Below are positions 1 through 8,962 of a stretch of DNA of 64,000 nt, piece after piece. The stretch spans positions 96,001 through 160,000 of the forward strand of contig CAVUKA010000001.1 of assembly GCA_963741945.1 (NCBI GenBank), read 5' to 3'. The DNA comes from an uncultured Gemmatimonadales bacterium. Its GTDB lineage: Bacteria > Gemmatimonadota > Gemmatimonadetes > Longimicrobiales > RSA9. The notes under the pieces were generated by a model that made no database searches, was not told where the DNA came from, and worked only from the letters and a program-made list of their open reading frames with translations. The stretch's first letter is position 1; each line of letters begins with the position of its first letter. Made by a program: the position numbers and the translations under genes.

Positions 1-163
1 CGAGCGCCAGCAGCCAGAGGAGCAGCCCGGCTTCGCGGCTGGTCCACTCCGGCAGGAAGTAAGTCCCGATCACCGGCACGGCCAGCGCCATGAGTGAAAG
101 GAGCAGCGCCTGCGGCGGCGCCCCCACCCGGCTTCGCTTCGATACGTGAGCCGTTTGCGGCAT
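1..163 (-). CDS. Membrane protein, 5' part only (runs off the window); N-terminus resembles membrane-anchored GGDEF proteins
   Basis: Not in the ORF track; translated by hand. ATG at 163 with AGGAG upstream; MPQTAHVSKRSRVGAPPQALLLSLMALAVPVIGTYFLPEWTSREAGLLLWLLAL, two hydrophobic segments. The GGDEF guess is recognition only. Confidence 0.6.
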   Translation of the reverse strand, partial: MPQTAHVSKRSRVGAPPQALLLSLMALAVPVIGTYFLPEWTSREAGLLLWLLAL

Positions 164-316
164 GCCTGTCTCCTGACTCGGAAGAATGCAGGAACGGTCG
201 GCCTACAGGGGCCTCGGGCCAAGTATCGGCACCGGCCGTCAGGAACTTGAGGTGGGGTTCGGCGTCGTTCATGATGCGACCCGATCGGCCGGGCCGCCAG
301 CATCCAGCCGGTCGGG

Positions 317-1963
317 CTACGGATCGAGCAGGCGAGAAAGATCGCCGGTGGCCAGCGCGGGGTGATCGCTACACTCGCCCTTCCAGCCGTCGAACAGCCA
401 CAGCCGTTCGCGACGGACGACGTCCGGGCCCCGCCGAAGCGCGACCCGAGCACCGGGAGTCACCGAAGCGAAGCACTGGCGGAGCTCGTCCACGACGGAC
501 GGGGGCGCCGCCCCGTCGGGAGCCGCCAGGATCAGAGCGTCATCCCGGCTGGCGAGCTGGGGGAAGCCCGGGCCGACCGAGTACTCACTCGGACGCCAGC
601 TCCCGATGGCAAAGGTCCGGGGATGACCGCGGACGTTGAACGCAAGCTGGGCCGCCGTCTGATAACGCGTCCCGGCGAGCCAGACCCGGGACAATGGGCG
701 CTCCGCCGTGAGGCTCGCCGCGGTCGAGTCCACCGCCCGCGCCATGGCGTCCCAGCCGGCGGCCCGGGCAATCGGGTCACGGGACCCGTGCAGCGGCAGG
801 ATCGGGGCGATGGCCTGGCCGAACACCACGGCCGTGAGCGCTGCCGCGAGCGCGAGGCCAGCGCGCAGCCAGCCGCGGCCGCGTCGCCGCCACAGGGTCA
901 CGGCGATCAGCGGGATCAGCGCGGGATACGCCACGGCGGGCCAGTTCGCTTCCACGCGCTTGGAGATGGCCGAATAGGCGAAGAAGACGAACGGCGCCAG
1001 CGCCGCCACGGCCAGGATCCGGCGCTCGGGACGTGCGCCCGGCCGGAGCGCCACGGCCACCGCGACCACTCCGAGCACGAAGAGGATGGGAGAGAAGAGC
1101 CCCACCTGGCCTCCGAGCAGCTCCAGCTCGCGGCCGACCACGTCCACCAGTGTCCCGGGCTCCGAGCCGAGCCCATGCCTCAGCTGGAAGAGGAAGGAGA
1201 GCCACCCGTGCTCGGCGTTCCACGCGATCACGGGGGCGAAGATCAGCAGCGCCACCAGCGATGCGAGCCAGGGCCCCGGCTCCCGCAGGCGCACGCGCAG
1301 GTCGGCCCACGCCACGAAGGCCACCAGCACGGCCGCGGGGAGCAGCACGGCCGTGTACTTGGAATCGAACGCGCACCCCAGCGCCGCTCCGGCCGCCAGC
1401 CACCACCCGGTGGAGCGGGCCGACCCCGCCGGATGTGAAATGGCGCGCATGACGGCGTACAGCGCGAGCGCCTCGAAGGCGAGGAGCGGGGCGTCCGGCG
1501 TCGCCAGTGTGAATCCGGCGGCGGAGAGCGGGACCACCGAGGCGATCACCGCAGCGACCAGCCCGGCCGTCCCTCCGGCCAGGCGCCGGGCCACGCCCGC
1601 CACCGCAAGCGCCGCCACCGCCCCGAGCACGATCGCGCCCAGGCGAACACCGAGCGGGGTGGGACCCAGGATGGCGGTGCCCGCCCGGATCGCCAGCGCG
1701 ATCCCGGGTGGATGGTCGAAGTACCCCGCAGCCAGGTGCCGCGACCAGTCCCAGTAGTAGGCCTCGTCCGGAAACAGCGGCACCCGGACGGCCACGGCCG
1801 TCCGGATCAGTGCGGAGACGAGAACCACCCCGGCCGTCGCTGCCACCGTGCCATCGACGCGGGCCACCGCCGCTCCGCCCGCGCTCCCGGACCGCGAGCG
1901 CTCCGCACCCCTCCCAGGCCTGCTGGCCGGCCTGCTGACCGAACCACCCCACCCCGCGCTCAC
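317..1963 (-). CDS. ArnT/PMT-family (GT-C) integral membrane glycosyltransferase
   Basis: PDEAYYWDWSRHLAAGYFDHPP, TPDAPL, SKYT and WNAEHGW motifs; many TM helices; GTG start overlaps the upstream gtrA stop (GTGA). Confidence 0.88.
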   Translation of the reverse strand: MSAGWGGSVSRPASRPGRGAERSRSGSAGGAAVARVDGTVAATAGVVLVSALIRTAVAVRVPLFPDEAYYWDWSRHLAAGYFDHPPGIALAIRAGTAILGPTPLGVRLGAIVLGAVAALAVAGVARRLAGGTAGLVAAVIASVVPLSAAGFTLATPDAPLLAFEALALYAVMRAISHPAGSARSTGWWLAAGAALGCAFDSKYTAVLLPAAVLVAFVAWADLRVRLREPGPWLASLVALLIFAPVIAWNAEHGWLSFLFQLRHGLGSEPGTLVDVVGRELELLGGQVGLFSPILFVLGVVAVAVALRPGARPERRILAVAALAPFVFFAYSAISKRVEANWPAVAYPALIPLIAVTLWRRRGRGWLRAGLALAAALTAVVFGQAIAPILPLHGSRDPIARAAGWDAMARAVDSTAASLTAERPLSRVWLAGTRYQTAAQLAFNVRGHPRTFAIGSWRPSEYSVGPGFPQLASRDDALILAAPDGAAPPSVVDELRQCFASVTPGARVALRRGPDVVRRERLWLFDGWKGECSDHPALATGDLSRLLDP

Positions 1964-2349
1964 CCACCACCTCCGGTGCCTTGCCCCGGCCGCGCCCAGG
2001 TGAACGCCCGGTTCAGAAGGAAGTTCGCCACGAACATCGTCGCGATCGCCACCAGGTTCCACACCAGCAAATGCGTCTTCCCGAGTGCCCGTACCAGGAT
2101 CCACAGGATCGTCACCGTGCCGCCGATGGTGGTCAGGCTGATGGCCTGGAACTTCGCGAACCGCGTGATCCGGCGCCCCTCGCCTTCGCCCGCGAACGTG
2201 ATCAGCTCGTGGCCGAAGAAATTGTGGATGATCGCCGTTTCCGTGGCCACCACCGCCGCCACAAGATAGTACAGTCCAAGGACGCTGTGGCCCAGCCACA
2301 ACACGGCCGTGTTCACACCCACTCCCACCGTTCCCACCACCCCGAACAT
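1960..2349 (-). CDS. GtrA-family flippase-like membrane protein (true start uncertain, see findings)
   Basis: RFGMFGVVGTVGVGVN...AIIHNF...TF...NFLLNRAFTW pattern, four TM segments. Confidence 0.85.
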   Translation of the reverse strand: MFGVVGTVGVGVNTAVLWLGHSVLGLYYLVAAVVATETAIIHNFFGHELITFAGEGEGRRITRFAKFQAISLTTIGGTVTILWILVRALGKTHLLVWNLVAIATMFVANFLLNRAFTWARPGQGTGGGG

Positions 2350-2408
2350 GCCGAAACGGGCCAGCCGCTGCGCGCGTCGCGGCAGCCCACCCAGCAGCTC
2401 ACCCGGCA

Positions 2409-2448
2409 GCCGGCCCGAGTCGCCCCGGGCGCCGGCCCGAGTCGCCCC
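2409..2448. repeat. 18-bp direct repeat GCCGGCCCGAGTCGCCCC x2 (22-bp period)
   Basis: Copies at 2409-2426 and 2431-2448. Confidence 0.9.
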
Positions 2449-2790
2449 CCGGCTTCACCATCCGGCGGCTCTCCACCCCGCGTCGAGGTGCTCCGGCATT
2501 TCTTTCTCCGCTTCCGTGCTCGATCCGGGTAGCACCGCCCGGCGAGGGCAGACGCGTACCCCCCTCGCCCGGAACGGCTATCGAAGCGGGATCGCTGTGC
2601 AAGGACCGCTCCCGAACCCGTCGACGGGGCGGGCAGATTCGGAGGCGACGGCCGGCGGGCCCGGCCCCCCGCCCCTCATTGACCCCGCGGCTATCTTGCC
2701 CGCAGGCGCCCCGCGCTGTGGCCGGCTCGGCATTGCGGCGGGCGGGGAGTCTCGATCATCGGTGTGAACGCACGACGAGGCAGGACGGCC

Positions 2791-3021
2791 ATGATCAGGC
2801 GGGACATGCTGGTAGAAGACCTCATGAACGAGCTGCCCGAAGCAGTGGCGTACCTGATCGGCAAGGGCATTCAGCCCATTGCCTGCGGTGAGCCGATCTG
2901 GGGGACGCTCGAAGAAGCGGCCAGGCTCCAGGGCTACGATGACGCCCGGATCGATACCATGGTGGAGGAGCTCCGCGCGATCCAGCGCGAAGCGCGCCCG
3001 GAGAGCGCCGCCGGACCCTGA
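2791..3021 (+). CDS. DUF1858-like small protein
   Basis: MIRRDMLVEDLMNELPEAVAYL..KGIQPIACGEPIWGTLEEAARLQG matches the I-x-x-D-M...PE...G-x-x-C...TLEEA pattern; AGGA upstream. Confidence 0.75.
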   Translation: MIRRDMLVEDLMNELPEAVAYLIGKGIQPIACGEPIWGTLEEAARLQGYDDARIDTMVEELRAIQREARPESAAGP

Positions 3022-3088
3022 CCCGAACCCGGCGCACGGGACCGGATGCGTGACCTGGCGCGCTCATCGCCGCGGGTCCGCAGACACC

Positions 3089-3529
3089 TCAGCTCGCGGG
3101 CGGGGCCCGCGGTCGCGCCAGCACCGGCGCCTGCCCCCGCACCGGCAGACGCTCCACCATCGTACCCACGCGAACGCCCGACCCCGGCGCCCCGCACGCT
3201 TCCAACCCGGCCCCCCCGCCGCCGCCATGGGACCGCCAGTTCCGCCGCCCGCCCACCGCCGGACCGCTGCCCGCCCCGGTGCCGTTGAGCGCCGACAGCT
3301 CCCCCTTCAGACTCTGCTTCAATCGCTCCAGCGGCACACCTCGCCATTCCGGGCCACGCCTCAGACGCAGGATGCGCCCACGGCTCCGCACCACCATCCG
3401 GAGCCCGTCTTCGCTCCCTTCCACCTCCTGAAAGCGGACCCCGATCCGCCGAATCGCCGGATCCCACCGCAACGTCTCGCGCAACAGGTTCGCCCGGCTC
3501 TGCGGATGATGGATGATCGCCCTGGCCAT
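3089..3529 (-). CDS. Hypothetical basic protein divergent from the LysR gene
   Basis: Strong GAGGAG RBS before ATG 3529; 146 aa; low-complexity C-terminus. Confidence 0.55.
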   Translation of the reverse strand: MARAIIHHPQSRANLLRETLRWDPAIRRIGVRFQEVEGSEDGLRMVVRSRGRILRLRRGPEWRGVPLERLKQSLKGELSALNGTGAGSGPAVGGRRNWRSHGGGGGAGLEACGAPGSGVRVGTMVERLPVRGQAPVLARPRAPPAS

Positions 3530-3673
3530 GCCGCTCCTCCTCTCGCTCGGGTTCCGCACGCGCGCCCCCGGCGCGCCGCCGCCGCCCCGGACGGCCGACA
3601 GCCGCCAGGGTCTGCCCTCTGGAACGTCGCAGGGCGGGAGGGTTTTGTGAAATATATCTTTCGTCTTGTTTCC

Positions 3674-3688
3674 ATAGGTGCTACCTAT
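3674..3688. promoter_or_regulatory. LysR-type T-N11-A inverted repeat ATAGGT-GCT-ACCTAT
   Basis: Perfect 6-bp arms in an AT-rich patch between the LysR gene and its divergent neighbour. Confidence 0.75.
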
Positions 3689-3742
3689 TGTGTGAGGCAC
3701 CCGGGCAGGACGGAGCGGATCGACAGCGACGGAGGGCGGGCC

Positions 3743-4666
3743 ATGCCCCTGAACTATCGACGGCTGCACTATTTCCGGACGGTGGCGCACGAGGGAGGGG
3801 TGACGGCGGCGGCGGCGGCGCTGCACGTGAGCCAGCCATCGATCAGCGTTCAGATCCAGAAGCTGGAGAAAGCGCTGGGGCACAAGCTGTTCGACCGGAG
3901 CGGGCGGTCGATGGAGCTGACGCCGGAGGGGAAGGTGGTGCTGGAATACGCGGACGAGATCTTCCGTCTGATGCGGGAGCTGGAGGAGACGGTTCGGGGG
4001 CGGGTGGGCGGACGTCCTCTGCGGCTGGTGGTGGGGCTGTCGGCGACGGTGCCGAACCTGGTGGCGTTCCATCTTCTGAATCCGGCGTTCACCCTGGAGT
4101 CGCCTGTCCGGCTGGTGCTCCGTGAGAAGGCGACGGACCGTCTGATGGCGGAGCTATCGACGCACGAGGTGGACCTGGTGCTGGCGGACATGCCGATCCC
4201 GCAGAACGTGAGCGTTCAGGCGTTCAATCATCCGCTGGGGTCGAGTCCGATCGACATCTTCGGGCCGCCGCTGCTTGCACACCTTGCCCGTGACGACTTC
4301 CCCCACAGCCTGGACGGGCAGCCGTTCCTTCTTCCGGCGGAGGGGTACGCGCTGCGCCGATCGATCGACGACTGGTTCGCGCGGAACGCGATCCAGCCGC
4401 GCGTGGTGGCGGAAGTGGAGGACATCGACCTCATCAACGTGCTGGCGGAAGCGGGCGCCGGGATGTTCGCGGCGCCATCGACCATCGCCGACGACCTGCG
4501 CGTGCGCTTCGCGGTGGAGCGGATCGGGCGTGCGGAGGGGATCCGCCAGCAGTTCTTCGCCATCACCGTGGACCGCCGCCTGAAGCACCCCGCGGTAGTG
4601 GCCATCACGGAGGCGGCCCGGCGCGAGCTCTCCACGGCCATGGCGGACGAGGGGGTCGGCGCATAG
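3743..4666 (+). CDS. nhaR: NhaR-like LysR-family transcriptional regulator
   Basis: LNYRRLHYFRTVAHEGGVTAAAAALHVSQPSIS HTH; C-terminal RRLKHPAVVAI typical of the NhaR subfamily; GGAGG RBS. Confidence 0.85.
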   Translation: MPLNYRRLHYFRTVAHEGGVTAAAAALHVSQPSISVQIQKLEKALGHKLFDRSGRSMELTPEGKVVLEYADEIFRLMRELEETVRGRVGGRPLRLVVGLSATVPNLVAFHLLNPAFTLESPVRLVLREKATDRLMAELSTHEVDLVLADMPIPQNVSVQAFNHPLGSSPIDIFGPPLLAHLARDDFPHSLDGQPFLLPAEGYALRRSIDDWFARNAIQPRVVAEVEDIDLINVLAEAGAGMFAAPSTIADDLRVRFAVERIGRAEGIRQQFFAITVDRRLKHPAVVAITEAARRELSTAMADEGVGA

Positions 4667-4722
4667 CGGGAGTCACCCGCGCGCCGGTCCGCACCGGGGA
4701 CGGGGACGGGGGACGGATGGGG

Positions 4723-4753
4723 GGCGGGAGCGGCTGCGCGTGCCGCTCCCGCC
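4723..4753. terminator. GC-rich hairpin between convergent genes
   Basis: GGCGGGAGCGGC-TGCGCGT-GCCGCTCCCGCC, 12-bp perfect stem, no U tract. Confidence 0.45.
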
Positions 4754-4762
4754 GGAGGCGGA

Positions 4763-5905
4763 TCAGTCGTCGATGGTGACGAGGTGCGGGTACTTAACGA
4801 CCTGGCCGGCGCCGGGTTGGCCTAGGGCACTGATGGCAACGTAGGCGTTGCCTTCCCCGTCGAACGCGATGGCGGTCGGCAGCTGGAGCCCGGTCAGGAT
4901 CGGCTCCGAGGTATCGCCGGGTCCGATGCGGATGACGGAGCCGGAGTTGGGCGTGGGCCCCTGCTCCGTGAACGTGCCCATGGAAACGCCGTAGAGCTTC
5001 CCGTCCGGACCGGTCCTGAGATCGGAGAGCATCGAGAAGCCCGTCGCATAGTCCGCGTATTCACCGCTGGACGACACGTGGACGACCTTGCCGGATCCCG
5101 GCACGAACGGAGCGCCCGGGAGGAACGAGACGTAGGCCTCGCCGTCCATGAACGCGATTCCGGTGGGGACGGGCTCCGTCTCCATCGCGTTCCCTCGCTC
5201 CGGGTTCGGGACGGGGCCGGGCAGCGCGGCGAAGATCGCGACCAGCTGGAGCGTGTCCGCTGGGGACGCGAGCCGGAACAGGTCGTTGGCGGCTGCGTCC
5301 GCGATCCACAGCGCGCCGTCCGGGCCGACGGCGATCCCGAAGGGGTGCGCTTCGACGAGGGCCCCCGCCGGGTTGCGGCTCTCCTCGATATCCCACGTGT
5401 TGGCCACCTCGCTCGCCTGATCACCGTCGAGACGCATCAGCGCGGCGTTCTTCGTGGGGCGCGCCCCGGTTCCTCCCTGCCAGGCGCCACTGGTGAAGTA
5501 GATGCTGCCGTTCCACACGGCGAGCCGGGCGGCGCCGATCGGGGCGTCCGGCAGGATCACCGAGGGCAGATCGCTCAGGACGTCGGTCTGCTGTCCGGAG
5601 GGATCGACGCGGACGAAGCGCGCGGTGTTCCCTGCAGGCAGCTTGGTGGCCTGCCCGCTCGAATCGGGGGGACCCGCCAGGGAATCCGGACCGCCCGTGC
5701 CGCTGTCGGTGATCCAGATCGTGCCGTCGTCGGTCACGAGCACGCCCATGGGCGTGTTCAGCCCCGTGGCGACGACGGTGGGGCCGGCATCATCGGCGCT
5801 GGCGGCGCTGTTCGCCGCATCGTCGCCGCCTGCACACGCGAGGAGCGGGAACAGGGCGGCAAGGGCGAGGGGGGAGAGGCGTGCGGGGCTTCGCGGCATC
5901 GTCAT
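4763..5905 (-). CDS. ScyD/ScyE-family beta-propeller lipoprotein
   Basis: Lipobox PLLAC; VATGLNTPMG, HPFGIAVGPDGALWIADAAANDL, EPVPTGIA and GLQLPTAIAFD motifs; ATGA overlap with the upstream gene. Confidence 0.82.
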   Translation of the reverse strand: MTMPRSPARLSPLALAALFPLLACAGGDDAANSAASADDAGPTVVATGLNTPMGVLVTDDGTIWITDSGTGGPDSLAGPPDSSGQATKLPAGNTARFVRVDPSGQQTDVLSDLPSVILPDAPIGAARLAVWNGSIYFTSGAWQGGTGARPTKNAALMRLDGDQASEVANTWDIEESRNPAGALVEAHPFGIAVGPDGALWIADAAANDLFRLASPADTLQLVAIFAALPGPVPNPERGNAMETEPVPTGIAFMDGEAYVSFLPGAPFVPGSGKVVHVSSSGEYADYATGFSMLSDLRTGPDGKLYGVSMGTFTEQGPTPNSGSVIRIGPGDTSEPILTGLQLPTAIAFDGEGNAYVAISALGQPGAGQVVKYPHLVTIDD

Positions 5906-6483
5906 CTTCCTTCTGTTGGAGGTTGCCAGAGGAGCATCCGGACCAGTGCATCCACTTCGGAGTCGGGCAGCTGCGTGTACGCGGGCATTGAGAAGTGCGT
6001 GCGCTCGAACCCCGGAATGCGCCACGCGCCGGGATCACGAATGCTCTCGCGGACGTATCCCTCCGGCGTGGTCGCGTGGCCGGTGTACCCGGGGTCGCGG
6101 AGCCGGCGCGCTGCGTTCACGCGCAGGCTGTCGTGGTTCGGACCGAAAACCCCGGCCGTGCCCGCGAGCGTGTTGTGGTGGCATGTCCCGCAGTAGTTGG
6201 AACGGTACACGCGGATCCCCTCCGCGACGTGTTCCGGTACGGCCGGCATGGTCCATGGGGCCGCGCCCTGCGAGGCGTCGGTGGGGGCGCTCACGGCAGG
6301 CGAGCCACCCGGAGTGGAAGCCGCGCCCGTGGTCGCCCGGTCGGATTCGCTCGACCCCTGCGCTGCGGCGCGATGTTCCTGTCCGCACGCCACGAGCGGG
6401 AGCAGCCCGATGGCGAGGACGAGCGGCATGAGCGTCGCCGGGCGCGCCCACCGCCGTGGCCGGGCTCCGATGCGACGCGGCAT
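5902..6483 (-). CDS. Monoheme cytochrome c lipoprotein
   Basis: Lipobox LVAC; CGTCH heme motif; YVRESIRDPGA..PGF...MP (axial Met), like the cytochrome c domain of caa3 oxidase subunit II. Confidence 0.85.
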   Translation of the reverse strand: MPRRIGARPRRWARPATLMPLVLAIGLLPLVACGQEHRAAAQGSSESDRATTGAASTPGGSPAVSAPTDASQGAAPWTMPAVPEHVAEGIRVYRSNYCGTCHHNTLAGTAGVFGPNHDSLRVNAARRLRDPGYTGHATTPEGYVRESIRDPGAWRIPGFERTHFSMPAYTQLPDSEVDALVRMLLWQPPTEGR

Positions 6484-6484
6484 C

Positions 6485-8540
6485 TCAGGAGCCCAGCGTG
6501 AAGCGGAGGTCGATGGCCCGGCCCATCCCCGGGTGGATCATGCGCACGTTCTCGCTCGTGAACGGATCGTAGAGCAGGAAGCCGAAGCTGCCGTACCCGG
6601 TGTCGAAGATGTTGCGGATGGAGAGCCGTGCGCCGACCCTCCCGACCCGCATCTGAACTGCCGCATCGAAGAGCGAGCTGCCGGGCAGCGACTCCGTGTT
6701 CTCGTCGTCGAGCCAGACCCGGCCAATGGCGCGGTGCGTCAGCGTGACCGAAAGGGGCTCCGCGAGGGTCACACGCGCGGTGGTCGTGAAGGCGCTCTCC
6801 GGAATGTTCTTCAGCTGGTTGCCCCGGTTCTCCGAGCTCCGGAACGTGGCCCGTCCCAGCGTGGCCGCGTGCGTCACCTCGAAGCGCCCGGAGAGCACGG
6901 CGCGGAGAGACAGCTCCGCGCCCGTGTGCCGGCTCGCCAGGATGTTGCCGTAGCGGTAGGTCAGGATGTCGAAATCGATCTCGTCATCCAGCCATTGCCG
7001 GTACGCCGTGACCGAGAGCTCGGCATAGCGTTCGGCGCTGCCGAGCGGGACCCGCTGATAGGCACCGGCCTCGATCGCGGTGGAGTGCTGCGGCCTCAGC
7101 TCGCCGTTGGAGATCCGGATCGTCACGCCGGGCTCACCGGTCGAAATCGCGCGGGCGTCGAAGAGCTGATCGAGAGTCGGCGCCTTGAACGCGCGGGTCC
7201 ACGAGACGTAGACGTTGCCGGCGCTCGTCGCCTCCTCGCGGTACGCATAGTTCGCCCCGAGTCTCGGCGACCACTGATGGAACGAGGGCGCCGCCGGCGA
7301 CCCGGAGGCGTCGTTCGTCGGCAGCACCGCATCGAAGCGGATCCCGCCGACCAGGCGGAGCCGCTCCGTGGGCGAGCCGCTCAGCTCGCCATGCAGGCCG
7401 ACCTTCCACTGGCGCGCGTCCCCGGATGTCAGCGGCGCGCCCGTCCCGGGATCGGTGTAGCGGGTCCGGAACGATGCGCCGTGCGCCTCGGCGCCGACAT
7501 GGAGGAGCGCCGGGCCGAGCGGCGCGGCGACCTGCGTGCGCGCCCAGACGCCGACCTCCCGGTCATCCTGGTCCTGCGTGTCGCCGAACGTGGGAGCGAG
7601 CAGGAGCGTTCGCGTCCGATCCTGCTGGTACCAGCGAAGCCGCGCCGCCGCATCCACCCGCACGCCACCGGGCCAGGCACGCCGGCCCCTGACCATGGCT
7701 TCCGCCGTGCGCCGCGTGCGCTCGTCGCCCGAAAATGCGGGGTGGCTGCCCCGCCGTTCGAAGTCGCCGTCCGCTTCCGGCACCGGCCCCGGATCCTCGT
7801 TGAACAGCTGGCTGAACGCCACTCGTCCAGACAGCGCATTGCCATCGGATCCCGGGGGCCGACTCAGGGAAAGCGAAGCCGTCAGCCGGTCCGAGCGGGA
7901 ATGTTCCCGGAAGCCATCCTCGCGATCGTAGTCGAGCGTCGCGCCCATCCCCGCCCCGCCCAGCCCCGAGGCGGTGGACGCGTGCACTCCCTCGCCGCTC
8001 CACGACGACACGGATGCCGATGCCTGGCCCGCGAGCCGGCCGGGCGGCGACCCGTGTCGGGTCACGACATTGATCACTGCCCCGAGGGCAGCATCCCCAT
8101 AAGAGACCGACGCGGAACCGCGGAGAACTTCGAATGCGCTCCACGTTCTCGAGCGGGATCCGGCTCCACTCCACCAACCCGCTCCTGCCATCGTTCGCAG
8201 GGACACCGTCGATCGTGAGCAGCACGTACGACGTCTCGCCGCCGCCGAAGAAGCCGCGCGCGATCGCGATCGGCATCCGGCCGGAGCCATCCTGCTCGAC
8301 GAACATCAACCCGGGAACGGTCTCGAGTGCTTCGGCAAGCGTGCGGGCGGGCAGCGCATCGAGATCGGCCCGCGTGAGCAGGCTGGTGGCCGTCACCGTG
8401 CTCCGGAGCTCCGTGGCGTAGCGGTCGGCCACGACCACCAGCGCGTCCAGCCGGTACGGCTCGCCAGCCAGCGAATCCGGTCCCGCCTGCGCGAGCACCG
8501 ACGAGGGCAGAGCGAGCAGCGCCACCGCCCGGATGACCAT
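6485..8540 (-). pseudogene. TonB-dependent receptor interrupted by a one-base frameshift at about 8133
   Basis: Signal peptide, LDALVVVADR TonB-box region and plug (LAEALETVPG...IDGVP...IPLENVERI) are in one frame; EVLRGSASVSYG..ALGAVINVV and the barrel ending GRAIDLRFTLGS are in another. An extra base in CGC ATT CGA AGT breaks ERIEVLRG. Could be a sequencing error. Confidence 0.85.
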
Positions 8541-8962
8541 CGCAATGCCGTGCGCCCGCGCGGTGTACGCGGCTTCTCCTGGTGCGTTATCCACTCCTCG
8601 GACCTCGACGGAAGGGCATGAAGCGGCCGTCCGGCTCCAGCACGGAACCAAGGCGGACGGCCTGGCTGTCACGCTGCGCGCAGCGTGGGACTTCGATCTA
8701 TGGAACGTCTTCGCCGGGTCCCGCTCCGACTCCGACGGGACACCGCGCCACTGTCATCACGGGTCCGGCGTCCGGTCCCCGGAACGCGCGTGCGTCGAGG
8801 CATCAGGAAGGATACTCACTATCCAATACTGTAACAGCGGCTCACCCGCGTGCCAAGGACTTCGTCCGGGACCGGCGCTTGTGTGCGCCCACGCCTTGCC
8901 ACTATCCTGGTCCGGCCCCCTGCCGCCCTTCCGTCACAACAACATCGTTGCGGAGTCCGATC

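Noticed and set aside
2455-2499. ATG 2499 in frame with gtrA across a TGA (possible readthrough or selenocysteine)
   Set aside because: The region is not conserved-looking, Sec makes no sense in a GtrA leader, and the 22-bp duplication explains the layout more simply.
4763-5905. Scytonemin biosynthesis cluster
   Set aside because: Only a ScyD/E-family gene is present; no scyA, scyB, scyC or aromatic pathway genes.
8840-8855. TGGCACG sigma54-like site upstream of the TonB receptor (minus strand)
   Set aside because: The GC of the -12 element is one base off the strict spacing and TTGC is absent.
8541-8960. Cobalamin or TPP riboswitch ahead of the TonB receptor
   Set aside because: I could not find the conserved cores by eye; an Rfam/Infernal scan would settle it.
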